Notes under the pieces: generated by a model | What the model was told of the DNA's origin: nothing | What the model saw: the letters and a program-made list of their open reading frames with translations, nothing else | Database searches by the model: none | Part shown: in pieces, positions 49,264 to 59,069 of the stretch | Position numbering within the stretch: position 1 is the stretch's first letter | Layout: each line of letters opens with the position of its first letter | Made by a program: the position numbers and the translations under genes | Assembly: GCA_963825135.1 (NCBI GenBank) | Contig: CAWGRW010000009.1 | Span: 1,025,008-1,089,007, forward strand | Reading direction: 5' to 3' | DNA length: 64,000 nucleotides | Source: an uncultured bacterium | Lineage (GTDB): Bacteria; Desulfobacterota_D; UBA1144; Nemesobacterales; UBA2774

Positions 49264-51048
49264 ATGCCGTCCATGGGAGAAACCCTCAATTCCGTCCTGT
49301 CATACCTAAGCCCTCTTGACTGGGGCATCGTAGCGGCTTATCTGATTTTATCGTTAGTGGTCGGAGTCTATTTCACGAAGCGGGCGAGTGGCAGCATGTC
49401 TTCTTACTTCGTCTCCGACAGAAATATGTCCTGGTGGCTTTTGGGCACGTCTATGGTGGCGACGACTTTTGCCGCGGATACCCCGCTCGCCGTTACAGGC
49501 TGGATCAGGACCGAGGGAATATGGAAGAACTGGTTCTGGTGGAATTACGTATTCAGCCACGTCTTCATTGTCCTCGTGTTCGCGAGGCTCTGGAGAAGGG
49601 CGGAAGTCATTACGGACAACGAGCTCATCGAGATGAGGTACAGCGGAAAACCGGCCGCCTTCCTGAGGGGATTCAAGGCGTTTTATTTCTCCACTCTGTT
49701 CAATTTTATCGTGATGGGGTGGGTAATAAGCGCTATGGCGAAGGTCTTAAAAATATTTTTCGGCGTCGACACGATTGTGTCGATCGTAATATGTATATCC
49801 ATAGCCTTTTTCTACACCATGATGTCGGGCATATGGGGCGTGGCGCTCACTGATTTCCTGCAGTACTTCATAGCGCTTATCGGTACCATTATTCTCGCCG
49901 CCGTCGTTATACGTTCGCCAGAGATTGGAGGGTATTCCGGTTTTTTAGAAAAGCTCGGCAGCATAGATCAAAAGCATTTAGCCTTTATCATGACTCCCTC
50001 GGGCGGCAACCCCGTGAGCGGCGGGTTCTGGTCTTCGAGCTTCTTTACATTTCTCGTATACGTCACCGTTATCTGGTGGTCTTCCCATAACGCCGACGGC
50101 GGCGGGTATTTCATACAGAGGATGTGCTCGGCGAAGAACGAGCGGCATTCGGTTGCGGGGACGGCCTGGTTCGCCGTGAACCATTACATAATCCGCCTCT
50201 GGCCGTGGGTGCTCGTCGCGCTCGCCTCGTTGATTATCTATTCCGGGCCGGGCGCGGCCAATGGCGACAACGAAGCCATGTATATAGTCGTCATCAGAGA
50301 CTTCCTCGGGCCCGGGCTGAAGGGGCTCCTCTTCGTGAGCTTCCTCGCCGCCTTCATGTCTACGCTTTCGACCCAGCTCAACTGGGGCGCGTCTTATTTA
50401 ATGAACGATGTTTATAGAAGATTCATAAATAAGGAAGCGGGCGAGAAGCACTACATACTGGTCTCGAGGATTTGCACGTTCGTCCTGACCATCCTGGCCG
50501 GATATTTCGCGCTCCATATTACTAACATTGGGAAGGCGTGGATATTCCTGTGGGCGATGAGCGCAGGCATCGGCCTGGTCCTGGTATTGAGGTGGTTCTG
50601 GTGGAGGATAAATGCGTGGTCCGAGATATCGGCCCTTGCCTCCTCTCTTCTCACTATTCTGGCAATAGTGATATATACGAGGGCAAAAGGCATACCGCTT
50701 GAGCTGAAGCATCAGGTGCTGGTGATACCCGTTTCAGTCGTTATATGGGTTGCGGTCACATTTCTTACGAAGCCCGAACCGGTTACGACCCTCTCCGGGT
50801 TCTACAAAAAGGTGCGGCCCTGGGGCTGGTGGAAGCCCGTGGTAGATTTAAACCCCGAGATAGAAAGACCCCGGTTCACTCCTGTCGTAATAAATTGGAT
50901 ATTCGGAGTCTTCTGCATACTCTTTGGGATGACAGGGGTCGGAAAGGTCCTTCTGGGCTCGTTTTTATTGGGGGCTTCCATGATCGCCGTCTCGCTCGTA
51001 TCCGGGTTAATCGTGTACTCGAGGCTGAAGAGAGAACTCGCCGACTGA
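49264..51048 (+). CDS. Sodium:solute symporter (SSS) family transporter
   Basis: 594 aa with about 13-14 TM helices and an SSS-like topology. Confidence 0.7.
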   Translation: MPSMGETLNSVLSYLSPLDWGIVAAYLILSLVVGVYFTKRASGSMSSYFVSDRNMSWWLLGTSMVATTFAADTPLAVTGWIRTEGIWKNWFWWNYVFSHVFIVLVFARLWRRAEVITDNELIEMRYSGKPAAFLRGFKAFYFSTLFNFIVMGWVISAMAKVLKIFFGVDTIVSIVICISIAFFYTMMSGIWGVALTDFLQYFIALIGTIILAAVVIRSPEIGGYSGFLEKLGSIDQKHLAFIMTPSGGNPVSGGFWSSSFFTFLVYVTVIWWSSHNADGGGYFIQRMCSAKNERHSVAGTAWFAVNHYIIRLWPWVLVALASLIIYSGPGAANGDNEAMYIVVIRDFLGPGLKGLLFVSFLAAFMSTLSTQLNWGASYLMNDVYRRFINKEAGEKHYILVSRICTFVLTILAGYFALHITNIGKAWIFLWAMSAGIGLVLVLRWFWWRINAWSEISALASSLLTILAIVIYTRAKGIPLELKHQVLVIPVSVVIWVAVTFLTKPEPVTTLSGFYKKVRPWGWWKPVVDLNPEIERPRFTPVVINWIFGVFCILFGMTGVGKVLLGSFLLGASMIAVSLVSGLIVYSRLKRELAD

Positions 51049-51129
51049 GAATCCGCATAAATCTTCGCGGCTTTAATTATCGCCGATATATGTTATAAAT
51101 TATAAGTAGATGCGGATAGGGATTCCTGT

Positions 51130-51726
51130 ATGACAATAAAGATAAAAATTCTGAAACATCCTGAGCTTACCTGGTATGAGAGGTTATACCTGCCCCAGAT
51201 CGTGGGGGGACTGATTATTACGCTCAGGCACTTGATAAATTTCAAGCCCATCACTATCCAGTACCCTGAGGAGGTAAAGGAACTCCCGCCCAGGTACAGG
51301 GGACTCCATATACTGCCCGCCGACGATGACGGCGAGATAAGGTGTGTCGCGTGCAAGCTCTGCGAGGTGGCGTGCCCGACTCAGGCGATATCCATAGTAG
51401 CCGAGCCCGCTGATGATTACGGCATAGAACGAAGGCCAAAGGTGTACAATATTGACTTCATGAGGTGCGTTTTTTGCGGGTTTTGCGTCGAGGCGTGTCC
51501 CTGCGACGCCCTCAGGATGGGCATGAAATACGAGCTCGCTTCCTACAACAGGGCAGGGCTCGTACACACAAAAGAGGTATTCTTCGATCCGAACGTTAAG
51601 AGCCATGCGCCCAGGGATAACGCGAATTTCCTTTACGAAATGGGTAAGGGAGAGGTTCTGGACAGGCCTGAAGATGTGGAGAACGTCAAAAAACTCACCG
51701 GTATGTACACTCCCCCCCGTTCATAA
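51130..51726 (+). CDS. NuoI-like 2x[4Fe-4S] ferredoxin (NADH:quinone oxidoreductase subunit I family), standalone
   Basis: 198 aa. Two CxxCxxCxxxCP motifs (CVACKLCEVACP; CVFCGFCVEACP). The N-terminal region is alignable to NuoI (ITIQYPEE...RGLHIL). Confidence 0.7.
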   Translation: MTIKIKILKHPELTWYERLYLPQIVGGLIITLRHLINFKPITIQYPEEVKELPPRYRGLHILPADDDGEIRCVACKLCEVACPTQAISIVAEPADDYGIERRPKVYNIDFMRCVFCGFCVEACPCDALRMGMKYELASYNRAGLVHTKEVFFDPNVKSHAPRDNANFLYEMGKGEVLDRPEDVENVKKLTGMYTPPRS

Positions 51727-51762
51727 TCTTCCGGGTATTGTTGCTCGAAAGGGCCAGTCAGG

Positions 51763-52779
51763 CTACGAAATTTTACTCCGTACCCAGCATACGGCGAATG
51801 AAGCGCCGCAATAAATATAATAAAAGAAGTGCATGGGCACCGCGAGGAGCGTAAATCCTATTCCCCGGTTTTTAAGAAAGAAACCATATAGGTCCCTGTT
51901 GAGTATGAGTAGCGCAGCAATTATCGCCCCGCCGCCGTAAGCGGCAATCTCCAATATTTCTCTATTGCAGACACCGAATATTCCTAAAACTAGTGTCGTA
52001 ATGCAGACGAGCAGCAATCCTGACAGTACCGAGCTCACCCTGTCCGAGATGCGCAGGTTCATGTCCTCGGGTATCAGCCCGGTCTCGATTATCAGCTTCG
52101 ACCAGGGCATAGCCCGGCTGAAAATATCGGTCTTTACAACGGAGCGGAAGTCCCAGCGCTTGAGGTGCGTTACCTGAATGCGTTTATCGAGCAATATTCT
52201 ATGACCCCTCTGCGACATTCTATATCCGAATTCAATATCCTCTATAGACGGAGTCGGGAACCTGTCGCGGTCAAAGCCTCCGAGCTCAAAAAATACGCCT
52301 CTTCTCACGGCGCCGCATCCGGCCCAGAATGTTTTCGCATCGTCGAGCGATCGCTGATGGACGTAATGGTGGAGCAGGTTCCGGTACTGCGACATAAAAT
52401 CGGGGGCGGAGGGGCGATCGTCGTAAGATCCGAAGACAGCCGAGATTTGCGGGTTTTCGGTAAAGCGGTCAGCGAACTGTCCCAATGTACGCACGGCGAC
52501 TACAACGTCCGAATCTATGAACAGGAGTATCTCCCCCGCGGCGCTTTTGGCCCCTTCGTTCCGCGCCACCCCGGGTCCCGACTGTCCCCCGAGCCCGATA
52601 ACCGAAACACCGAGGCCCCGGCATATTTCTACCGTGTTATCGGTGGATGCATCGTCTACTACGATGATCTCAAAGGATCTGTAGATGGAGTTCCCTAGCG
52701 CAACGATACACTCTGTAATGTGCCTGCTTCCGTTATGTACGGGTATTATCACTGAGATATATGGATTTAACGATTCCAC
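51763..52779 (-). CDS. Family 2 glycosyltransferase
   Basis: 338 aa. ISVIIPVHN start and DxD (FIDSDVVV). Confidence 0.8.
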   Translation of the reverse strand: MESLNPYISVIIPVHNGSRHITECIVALGNSIYRSFEIIVVDDASTDNTVEICRGLGVSVIGLGGQSGPGVARNEGAKSAAGEILLFIDSDVVVAVRTLGQFADRFTENPQISAVFGSYDDRPSAPDFMSQYRNLLHHYVHQRSLDDAKTFWAGCGAVRRGVFFELGGFDRDRFPTPSIEDIEFGYRMSQRGHRILLDKRIQVTHLKRWDFRSVVKTDIFSRAMPWSKLIIETGLIPEDMNLRISDRVSSVLSGLLLVCITTLVLGIFGVCNREILEIAAYGGGAIIAALLILNRDLYGFFLKNRGIGFTLLAVPMHFFYYIYCGASFAVCWVRSKIS

Positions 52780-52852
52780 AACACACCCTGTTTCAATTGA
52801 TGCTGTAATGATATATGCGGCATTGGAGCATGTCCGGCTGACACATCGGGGA

Positions 52853-54706
52853 TCAGCTCCCGGAGGTAGCTAATTCGTAATATTCTCCCTTTCGCTCCAT
52901 AAGCTCTTTTTCGGTGCCTGTCTCCGAGACCCTGCCTCCGTTGAGCACAATGAGCTGTTCGGCGTTCTTGATCGTCGAGAGCCTGTGCGCGATGATTATG
53001 ACCGTCCTGTTTTTACTTAGGTCGGTAATCGCCTTATGAATGAGCTCTTCAGTTCTGGTGTCGAGAGAGCTGGTAGCTTCGTCGAGTATAAGTATCTCCG
53101 GATTCTTCAATATCGCCCTCGCAATGGATATCCTCTGCCGCTGTCCCCCCGAGAGCCTTATGCCCCTTTCTCCAAGGATAGTATCGTAGCCCTGGGGCAG
53201 CTCGGCGATGAACTCTTCGGCGCCGGCCCTCCTCGCGGCGTCGGCAATAATGTCCCCGGTCGGCTCGTGCGCGAGGCCGAAAGCGATGTTGTTCCGGACC
53301 GTGTCATTGAATATAAAAGTATCCTGACTGACTATGCCAATATTGCGGCGGTAAGAATCGACCGTCATGTTCATGAGCGGCTCGTCGTCAATATAAACCG
53401 TGCCTCCCTGCGGGTCGTAGAATCGCAGGAGCAGATTGATGACCGTGGATTTCCCCGCCCCGGATTTCCCTACAATAGCGGTCGTTTTGCCTTTAGGGAT
53501 AAAAAAGTCCGCGTTTGACAGGGCATTTTTCCCGTCACCGTTGTAAGAGAAAGTGACCGAATCGAATCTTATACCGCTGCCAAGACCTCGGTAGGGCTTG
53601 TGTCCGTCCATGATGAGGGGTTTATTGTCGAGCCGTATTAGATCGTATACCGTACCGAAGGCGGGCAGCCTGCTCGCTATTATACCCCTTGCCTGATTTA
53701 TCTGTTTGATGACCGGCAGTATGCGTGCAAGTATGTAAATGAATGGCAGCAGCTGAGTCAGCACAAGCCTGTAATCCATATCGGAGCTCTTGATAGCTAT
53801 TAAGAATAGAATCCCTATGGCGAGGACTCCGACGGCTTCCGTGATAATGTGGACCATGAACGTTGAAAAATTCAGATTGAGGTGGTTTGCCGCGTGTTTT
53901 TCGATTTGGCTCCTTAACTTGAGCGTCTGTTCTCTTTCTTTCGAAAATGATTTGATAACGTGTATCCCCGAGAGGTTTTCCTGCAGGGACGCGGTAAGCT
54001 CTCTCCCGCTGTCAACGAGCCTGAGCCCGTAGAAGGATATTTTTGTTATATATATAGACACCCCGAGCGCTATGATTGCGGAGAGAACGATTGTAACCGC
54101 CGTAAGTTTCCAGGAGAAGACAATCAGGAGAGCGAGGAGTATGAGGAAGGACATAACGAGATTAATCATCTCTATTAGTTTCTTGATTACCTCATCGGTG
54201 AGGATGGTGTTATAGACAATATTCTCTACGAGTTCTCCCGTCTTTACGTCGTTATAGAACCCGATTCCAACCGCCATGAGCGTATTTACCAGGCGTATCC
54301 TCAGATCCTCGATCAGTCTTGCGGTCAGCCAGAATCCGAGGTAATACGTTACGGCCAGTATGAGGTTTTTTATAATAAGGGCCAGCACGACCAAAGAGAG
54401 TGATAGAAGAATCTGCTTTTCGATCGGATACCCTGAAAAGATTTTAATGACCGACCGCAGGGCCTCGGGGAGTTGACTGTAATTCTTGATCTGCTGGATT
54501 CCGCCCAGGAGCGGAACCAGCATCCCTATCGAAATACCGTCGAAAGCGGCGGCGAAAAATGACAATACGATCAATAAAGCGATGTATTTTCTAAACGGCT
54601 TTAGTAAATCGTATACGAATTTCCTTTTCAGCCTGGTGTCGTTCGTCAATTCTGTCATCCCGGTCGGAGCTTGTAATATTGCCTGACAAAATGATATTTT
54701 ACTCAA
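52853..54706 (-). CDS. ABC exporter, fused permease/ATPase (MsbA-like)
   Basis: 617 aa. Six-TM domain, Walker A GKSGAGKST, signature LSGGQRQRISIARA, and Walker B ILILDEATS. Confidence 0.85.
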   Translation of the reverse strand: MSKISFCQAILQAPTGMTELTNDTRLKRKFVYDLLKPFRKYIALLIVLSFFAAAFDGISIGMLVPLLGGIQQIKNYSQLPEALRSVIKIFSGYPIEKQILLSLSLVVLALIIKNLILAVTYYLGFWLTARLIEDLRIRLVNTLMAVGIGFYNDVKTGELVENIVYNTILTDEVIKKLIEMINLVMSFLILLALLIVFSWKLTAVTIVLSAIIALGVSIYITKISFYGLRLVDSGRELTASLQENLSGIHVIKSFSKEREQTLKLRSQIEKHAANHLNLNFSTFMVHIITEAVGVLAIGILFLIAIKSSDMDYRLVLTQLLPFIYILARILPVIKQINQARGIIASRLPAFGTVYDLIRLDNKPLIMDGHKPYRGLGSGIRFDSVTFSYNGDGKNALSNADFFIPKGKTTAIVGKSGAGKSTVINLLLRFYDPQGGTVYIDDEPLMNMTVDSYRRNIGIVSQDTFIFNDTVRNNIAFGLAHEPTGDIIADAARRAGAEEFIAELPQGYDTILGERGIRLSGGQRQRISIARAILKNPEILILDEATSSLDTRTEELIHKAITDLSKNRTVIIIAHRLSTIKNAEQLIVLNGGRVSETGTEKELMERKGEYYELATSGS

Positions 54707-54779
54707 TTTGCGGAGAGTTGTAACAGCCTTCCCAGACCTGGCGGGAGAATGATCACGGCGGGGAATCTCTCGGGCGGCA

Positions 54780-55109
54780 TCAATATCTTTGTCTCAATAG
54801 AACGATGCGGTTATATATCCACCCCATCAGGGCGCCGCTTATTGTTCCGGCGGCGAATCCGTAGATAAAACCGATAATGCTTCCCAGGAACGATACCTTG
54901 TACCCGATAAAAAACTGACCCAGAAGCTGCAAATGCGGACCCATGACATACTGTCCCGAGAGGCCCTGCTGCGGGCCTTTCAGCACGAGCCAGTTCGTTG
55001 CTATAAATATGACCAGCCCGAAAATTATTCCGAGGATCAAACCCAGGACCTTCGCGTTTAATAACGCCACCGCTTGAAGCAGTTTCTCTTCTTCCGTCTT
55101 ACCGCTCAT
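54780..55109 (-). CDS. Small membrane protein homologous to the C-terminal domain of the upstream flavoenzyme
   Basis: 109 aa. MGPHLQLLGQFFIGYKVSFLGSIIGFIYGFAAGTISGALMGWIYNRI aligns with VGPTLALLNQYFAGYSVTFKGAIIGFGYAFLWGFISGWLFAYLKNI of 55122..57029. Confidence 0.5.
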   Translation of the reverse strand: MSGKTEEEKLLQAVALLNAKVLGLILGIIFGLVIFIATNWLVLKGPQQGLSGQYVMGPHLQLLGQFFIGYKVSFLGSIIGFIYGFAAGTISGALMGWIYNRIVLLRQRY

Positions 55110-55121
55110 ATCTCCGGCCTT

Positions 55122-57029
55122 TTATATATAATCGATAAAATTCTTGAATGAGGAAATCTCTCTCTCCTTTTTGATCTTGAAAATAAAAATACCGGTGAAG
55201 ATGTTCTTTAAGTATGCAAAAAGCCACCCTGAAATGAAACCCCACAGGAAGGCATACCCGAAACCGATGATCGCGCCCTTGAAAGTAACGGAATAACCGG
55301 CGAAGTATTGATTGAGAAGCGCCAGAGTGGGCCCGACGGTCTGCCCGTCTTTCAGTATGAGGAGCAGGGTGGAAAGGAAAACGGCAAGCCCGCAAACAGA
55401 CCCTGCCGAAACCGCGAGGGCGAATTTATCCAGCCGCGCGAAAGCCTTGATAATCGTCTGGTCGAGCGAGGAATTACTTCCGGCGTAAGCGGGCTCAGGC
55501 ACCATAGGCTGCGTCCGGGCCAAGTCTCGAAATTCGCCCAGGTCGTCTTCCCTCTCGTACGCTTCCTGCTCGTGGTATTCCTGATCTGCGTTCACTTTCC
55601 ACAGGTCGTAATCGGCCCCCAGTATGTTCTTTACCGCGAGCATGGCGGTCAACATGGAATGGTCCTGATTGTTATATTTATGCATCCCGTTCCGCCCGAC
55701 AAGCTGTAAATTCGGGACTTGCCCGAGGTATTGTCGGATGATCCTCAGGGATTCGCGGTACCCCGAGTCGTAGACCGGATAGGCCTTGGGCATCCTGACC
55801 ACCGAGCCGTCCTCGACAAGGGAGGTGTCGACAAGCTTTAACTGTTCGAGCTCTCTTTTTGCGAGGTCTATAAGCTCACTGTCGCTCATCGACCAGAGCC
55901 CGTCCCCTTCAAAACAGAAGTATTCTAGGCCCAGGCAGGTTTTTTTCGGGTCGGGAACCATGTCTCCGCTCCAGTTCTTGAAGTTTTGAATCCTGCCTAA
56001 TCTTACCCCGGGTTCGTGTATATATATCCAGTTATCGGGAAATACCTCCGCCTGGTTGACTATCAGGGACACCGTAAGGAAATCCCTGTAATTAAGGGCG
56101 GAGGCGGCATTCACCACCTCTTCGGGCGGCGCCGGTTCGAGCTTCCGGATGAGCTCCCTTATCGGCATGCTGCTGATGAAGTCGGTTCCATATATATATT
56201 TCTCCGCTCCGTTCTCATTTATCCCGATCTTTTCTATCATACCGTGGTTCAAGTAAATCTTTCGTACATCCGAATTAAGCAATAGTTCGCTTCCGTCTCC
56301 GGTAATCTTGGCGGCTACGGTCTCCCACATCATACCGGGCCCGAATCTCGGGTAATCGAAGCTGTCGATAAGGGTCTTTATCGTTTCTTTATTGTCAGAA
56401 TTATTTTCCCTGAGGAGGGCGTTCTTCAATGCCTGCAGCAGGGATAGCCCCTTTATCCTCTGAGCGGCCCATTCGGCGCTGATCTCGGTGCAGGCGATCC
56501 CCCATACCTTTTCAGTATAGGTCTTGAAAAAGAGACCGTAAAGACGTCTTCCGAACCGGTTTGATACCCATTTATCGAATGTATCCTCAGGCAGCTCCGG
56601 CGAGAGCTGGGATTTCAGGTAGCTCGCGGCGATAAGAAGGCTGTTCCAGACTCCGAGGCCGAAGAGCGCGTTAGTAAGCCTGAACGGATAGTAAAAAAAA
56701 GTGTTTTTATAATATATTCGCGAGAGCCTTTCTCTTTTTAGAAAGTCGTCCCCCAGCACCTCCAGCCACATGCGCTCCACAACTTTTACCTTGGTAAAAA
56801 AACGGTGCCCCCCTATATCGAAACGGTATCCCTTGTAATTTACCGTTCTGGCGAGACCCCCGACTACGCCGTCTTTTTCAACAACTGTAGATTTTATCCC
56901 GGCTTTCGAAAGCTCATAGGCGGCCGTGAGACCCGCGGGGCCGCCCCCTATTATCACTACCGTTTTATCTCTTTCGTTATTTTTTGATTCGGATCCGTTC
57001 TTCATATCGTTAATAAATGAGGGCATCAA
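55122..57029 (-). CDS. FAD-dependent UDP-galactopyranose-mutase-like enzyme with a C-terminal membrane domain
   Basis: 635 aa. Rossmann motif VVIIGGGPAGLTAAYEL. UGM-like stretches GYRFDIGGHRFF and YTEKVWG. About 110 C-terminal residues carry predicted TM helices. Confidence 0.55.
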   Translation of the reverse strand: MMPSFINDMKNGSESKNNERDKTVVIIGGGPAGLTAAYELSKAGIKSTVVEKDGVVGGLARTVNYKGYRFDIGGHRFFTKVKVVERMWLEVLGDDFLKRERLSRIYYKNTFFYYPFRLTNALFGLGVWNSLLIAASYLKSQLSPELPEDTFDKWVSNRFGRRLYGLFFKTYTEKVWGIACTEISAEWAAQRIKGLSLLQALKNALLRENNSDNKETIKTLIDSFDYPRFGPGMMWETVAAKITGDGSELLLNSDVRKIYLNHGMIEKIGINENGAEKYIYGTDFISSMPIRELIRKLEPAPPEEVVNAASALNYRDFLTVSLIVNQAEVFPDNWIYIHEPGVRLGRIQNFKNWSGDMVPDPKKTCLGLEYFCFEGDGLWSMSDSELIDLAKRELEQLKLVDTSLVEDGSVVRMPKAYPVYDSGYRESLRIIRQYLGQVPNLQLVGRNGMHKYNNQDHSMLTAMLAVKNILGADYDLWKVNADQEYHEQEAYEREDDLGEFRDLARTQPMVPEPAYAGSNSSLDQTIIKAFARLDKFALAVSAGSVCGLAVFLSTLLLILKDGQTVGPTLALLNQYFAGYSVTFKGAIIGFGYAFLWGFISGWLFAYLKNIFTGIFIFKIKKEREISSFKNFIDYI

Positions 57030-57072
57030 ACCCTTGAACGCTCGGAAGCCCTCAAAACGGGTATTGCCCGCC

Positions 57073-58890
57073 CTAATCGGTCGAGGATTGACCGGCTTTA
57101 TACCTGCTATACCAGGGAGTGAGCCTCAGGGCGCCGGCAATAGTCGATTTCAGCTGGCTTCGCTCAGTAACCAGATGGATACCGCCCCGTTTTGAAAAGA
57201 ATTCGGAGGTCATCGTATTGGGGTCAACCCCCCTGCCGCCGCTCGTTAGCTTTACAACCCTGTCGCCCGCGAAGGCGATCGTAGCTTTCTTCTCCGCGAT
57301 AATAAAATCCCCCTGAACGGCATAGCTCGCAAGCGCCCCGCCCGTAGTCGGGTGTCCCAATACGGAAATAAAAGGCAGGCCGGACTCTTTTAATTTGAGA
57401 ATTGCCGAGATCGTTTTAGCCATTTGATAAAGCGCTACCGTTCCCTCCTGCATCCTCGCCCCGCCCGAAGCGGTAACGCATATGAGCGGAAGGTCTTGCG
57501 TGATCGCGTATTCGGCTATGATCTTCATCTTTTCACCGAACACGGCTCCCATGGAGCCTCCCATGAACCTGAATTCACTCACTGCCACGGCGACAGGCAG
57601 GTCGAATATCTCACCGTACCCCACGACCAGCGAATCTTTCGAATCGATCCGGCCCGCGTTTTTTTTGCGGGTATCGCTATAGTCGTGAAAGTTGAATCTC
57701 AAATCGATGTCGTCCACGCTCAGGTCGGAGTGAAGCTCGTGGAAGGAGTCATTGTTCAGTAGGAGATCTATATAGTCGTGCGAACCTATAGGGTTCGGTT
57801 TCTCGCAGTAGGGGCATGCGTAGTAATTTTTCTGGAATTCCTCCTTCGCGAAATGTTTACGGCATCCCGCCCTCACGATCTTTCCTTCCTGATCCTTTTC
57901 GTCGTTGCAGAAATGGGGTTCCGCTCCATACAGCGCGATCTGCATGTGTGAGACCTCGGGAGTCGTGGTCCGGGAGAAAGAATAATGGGGGAGCCAGCTT
58001 TTTATTTTCCTCGTAATGGCGTGGTAGGTGTGCTCCCGTTTTTCCACCTCTCCGCACTCCTGTATTCTTCTTACGAGGTTATTATGCAGGTATCTGATAT
58101 CGGATTTTTCGAGCTCATCGGTTGCGGACAGCACCGTTTTCTCAATATTTATAAGTACTTTCCTTCTGTAGTCCGAGCTGTCGAGCGCGGGCTCTTTGAT
58201 AACCTTGTCCACGATTCCGTACTTGAGCATAAAATCGGAAGTGGGCTGGAGCACCTCGAGCGCCCCTTCTATATTATCAGCGCTCCGGAAGAGGATAGCG
58301 GAGCACCCTTCGGCCGTTATTACCGAGTATTCGGCGCGGGAAAGCATGTACCTCTTGTGCGCGAGCTGCAACGCTATAGCGCCACCGCTGCCACCGCTGC
58401 CAATGACTATCGAGATCGACTTGGTCTTAAGTGAGATCATCTTGGCCTGACAGTCGGATATGAGCCACGACTGCAGCTTCCCGGCTGAATATTCGAACGG
58501 ATCGCCGCCGATCGTATCCACAAACGTATGGAGCATGAGGCCGTTCTCTTCCGCATAGTTCATCATATTGTAAGAAATGGCGTAACCGTCGGCTTTCACA
58601 AGCCCGTAATTGAGCTTCGCCCTCTCTGCGTCGCCGGAAGGCATTTGCTGCGCTATTACCGCGACTCGTTTATTGGTCTTATTCAGCACCGCGGTTCCGA
58701 CGATGACGGCCTGATCATCCACGATCTCGATTGCCATACCGGAAGGCGCCAGAACATACATCGGGAAATCGGGGATTTCATAATAGGGTACGAAATCCCT
58801 GTACAGGTAATCGACTATATCCTTTGACTTTATCTTGTTATAAGACCTTGACTGCTCGTGTATTAAAGTCAGTTTCGAAGGACGGCTCAT
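57073..58890 (-). CDS. Acetyl-CoA carboxylase carboxyltransferase, fused alpha (AccA-like, N-terminal) and beta (AccD-like with Zn ribbon, C-terminal) subunits
   Basis: 605 aa. N-terminal half IGSGGSGGAIA...VITAEGCSAILFRSA (AccA-like). C-terminal half CRKHF...CPYCEKP zinc ribbon, then FRFMGGSMGAVFG...ASGGARMQEG (AccD-like). Confidence 0.8.
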   Translation of the reverse strand: MSRPSKLTLIHEQSRSYNKIKSKDIVDYLYRDFVPYYEIPDFPMYVLAPSGMAIEIVDDQAVIVGTAVLNKTNKRVAVIAQQMPSGDAERAKLNYGLVKADGYAISYNMMNYAEENGLMLHTFVDTIGGDPFEYSAGKLQSWLISDCQAKMISLKTKSISIVIGSGGSGGAIALQLAHKRYMLSRAEYSVITAEGCSAILFRSADNIEGALEVLQPTSDFMLKYGIVDKVIKEPALDSSDYRRKVLINIEKTVLSATDELEKSDIRYLHNNLVRRIQECGEVEKREHTYHAITRKIKSWLPHYSFSRTTTPEVSHMQIALYGAEPHFCNDEKDQEGKIVRAGCRKHFAKEEFQKNYYACPYCEKPNPIGSHDYIDLLLNNDSFHELHSDLSVDDIDLRFNFHDYSDTRKKNAGRIDSKDSLVVGYGEIFDLPVAVAVSEFRFMGGSMGAVFGEKMKIIAEYAITQDLPLICVTASGGARMQEGTVALYQMAKTISAILKLKESGLPFISVLGHPTTGGALASYAVQGDFIIAEKKATIAFAGDRVVKLTSGGRGVDPNTMTSEFFSKRGGIHLVTERSQLKSTIAGALRLTPWYSRYKAGQSSTD

Positions 58891-59069
58891 TTATAGCATT
58901 CTCCGTGAATATTGAAACAATTTACCTGTTATTGCGCATGAAAGGGAGATATTATAACCATAGACACACCGATAAGATATAAAGCTCGATCGGGGTCGAT
59001 AAAACCCCCTTTTTCCCGCATTCGCAGGAATTGCGGACCCGGCCGTCTCTTTTACAGCCGCATCCCGGA

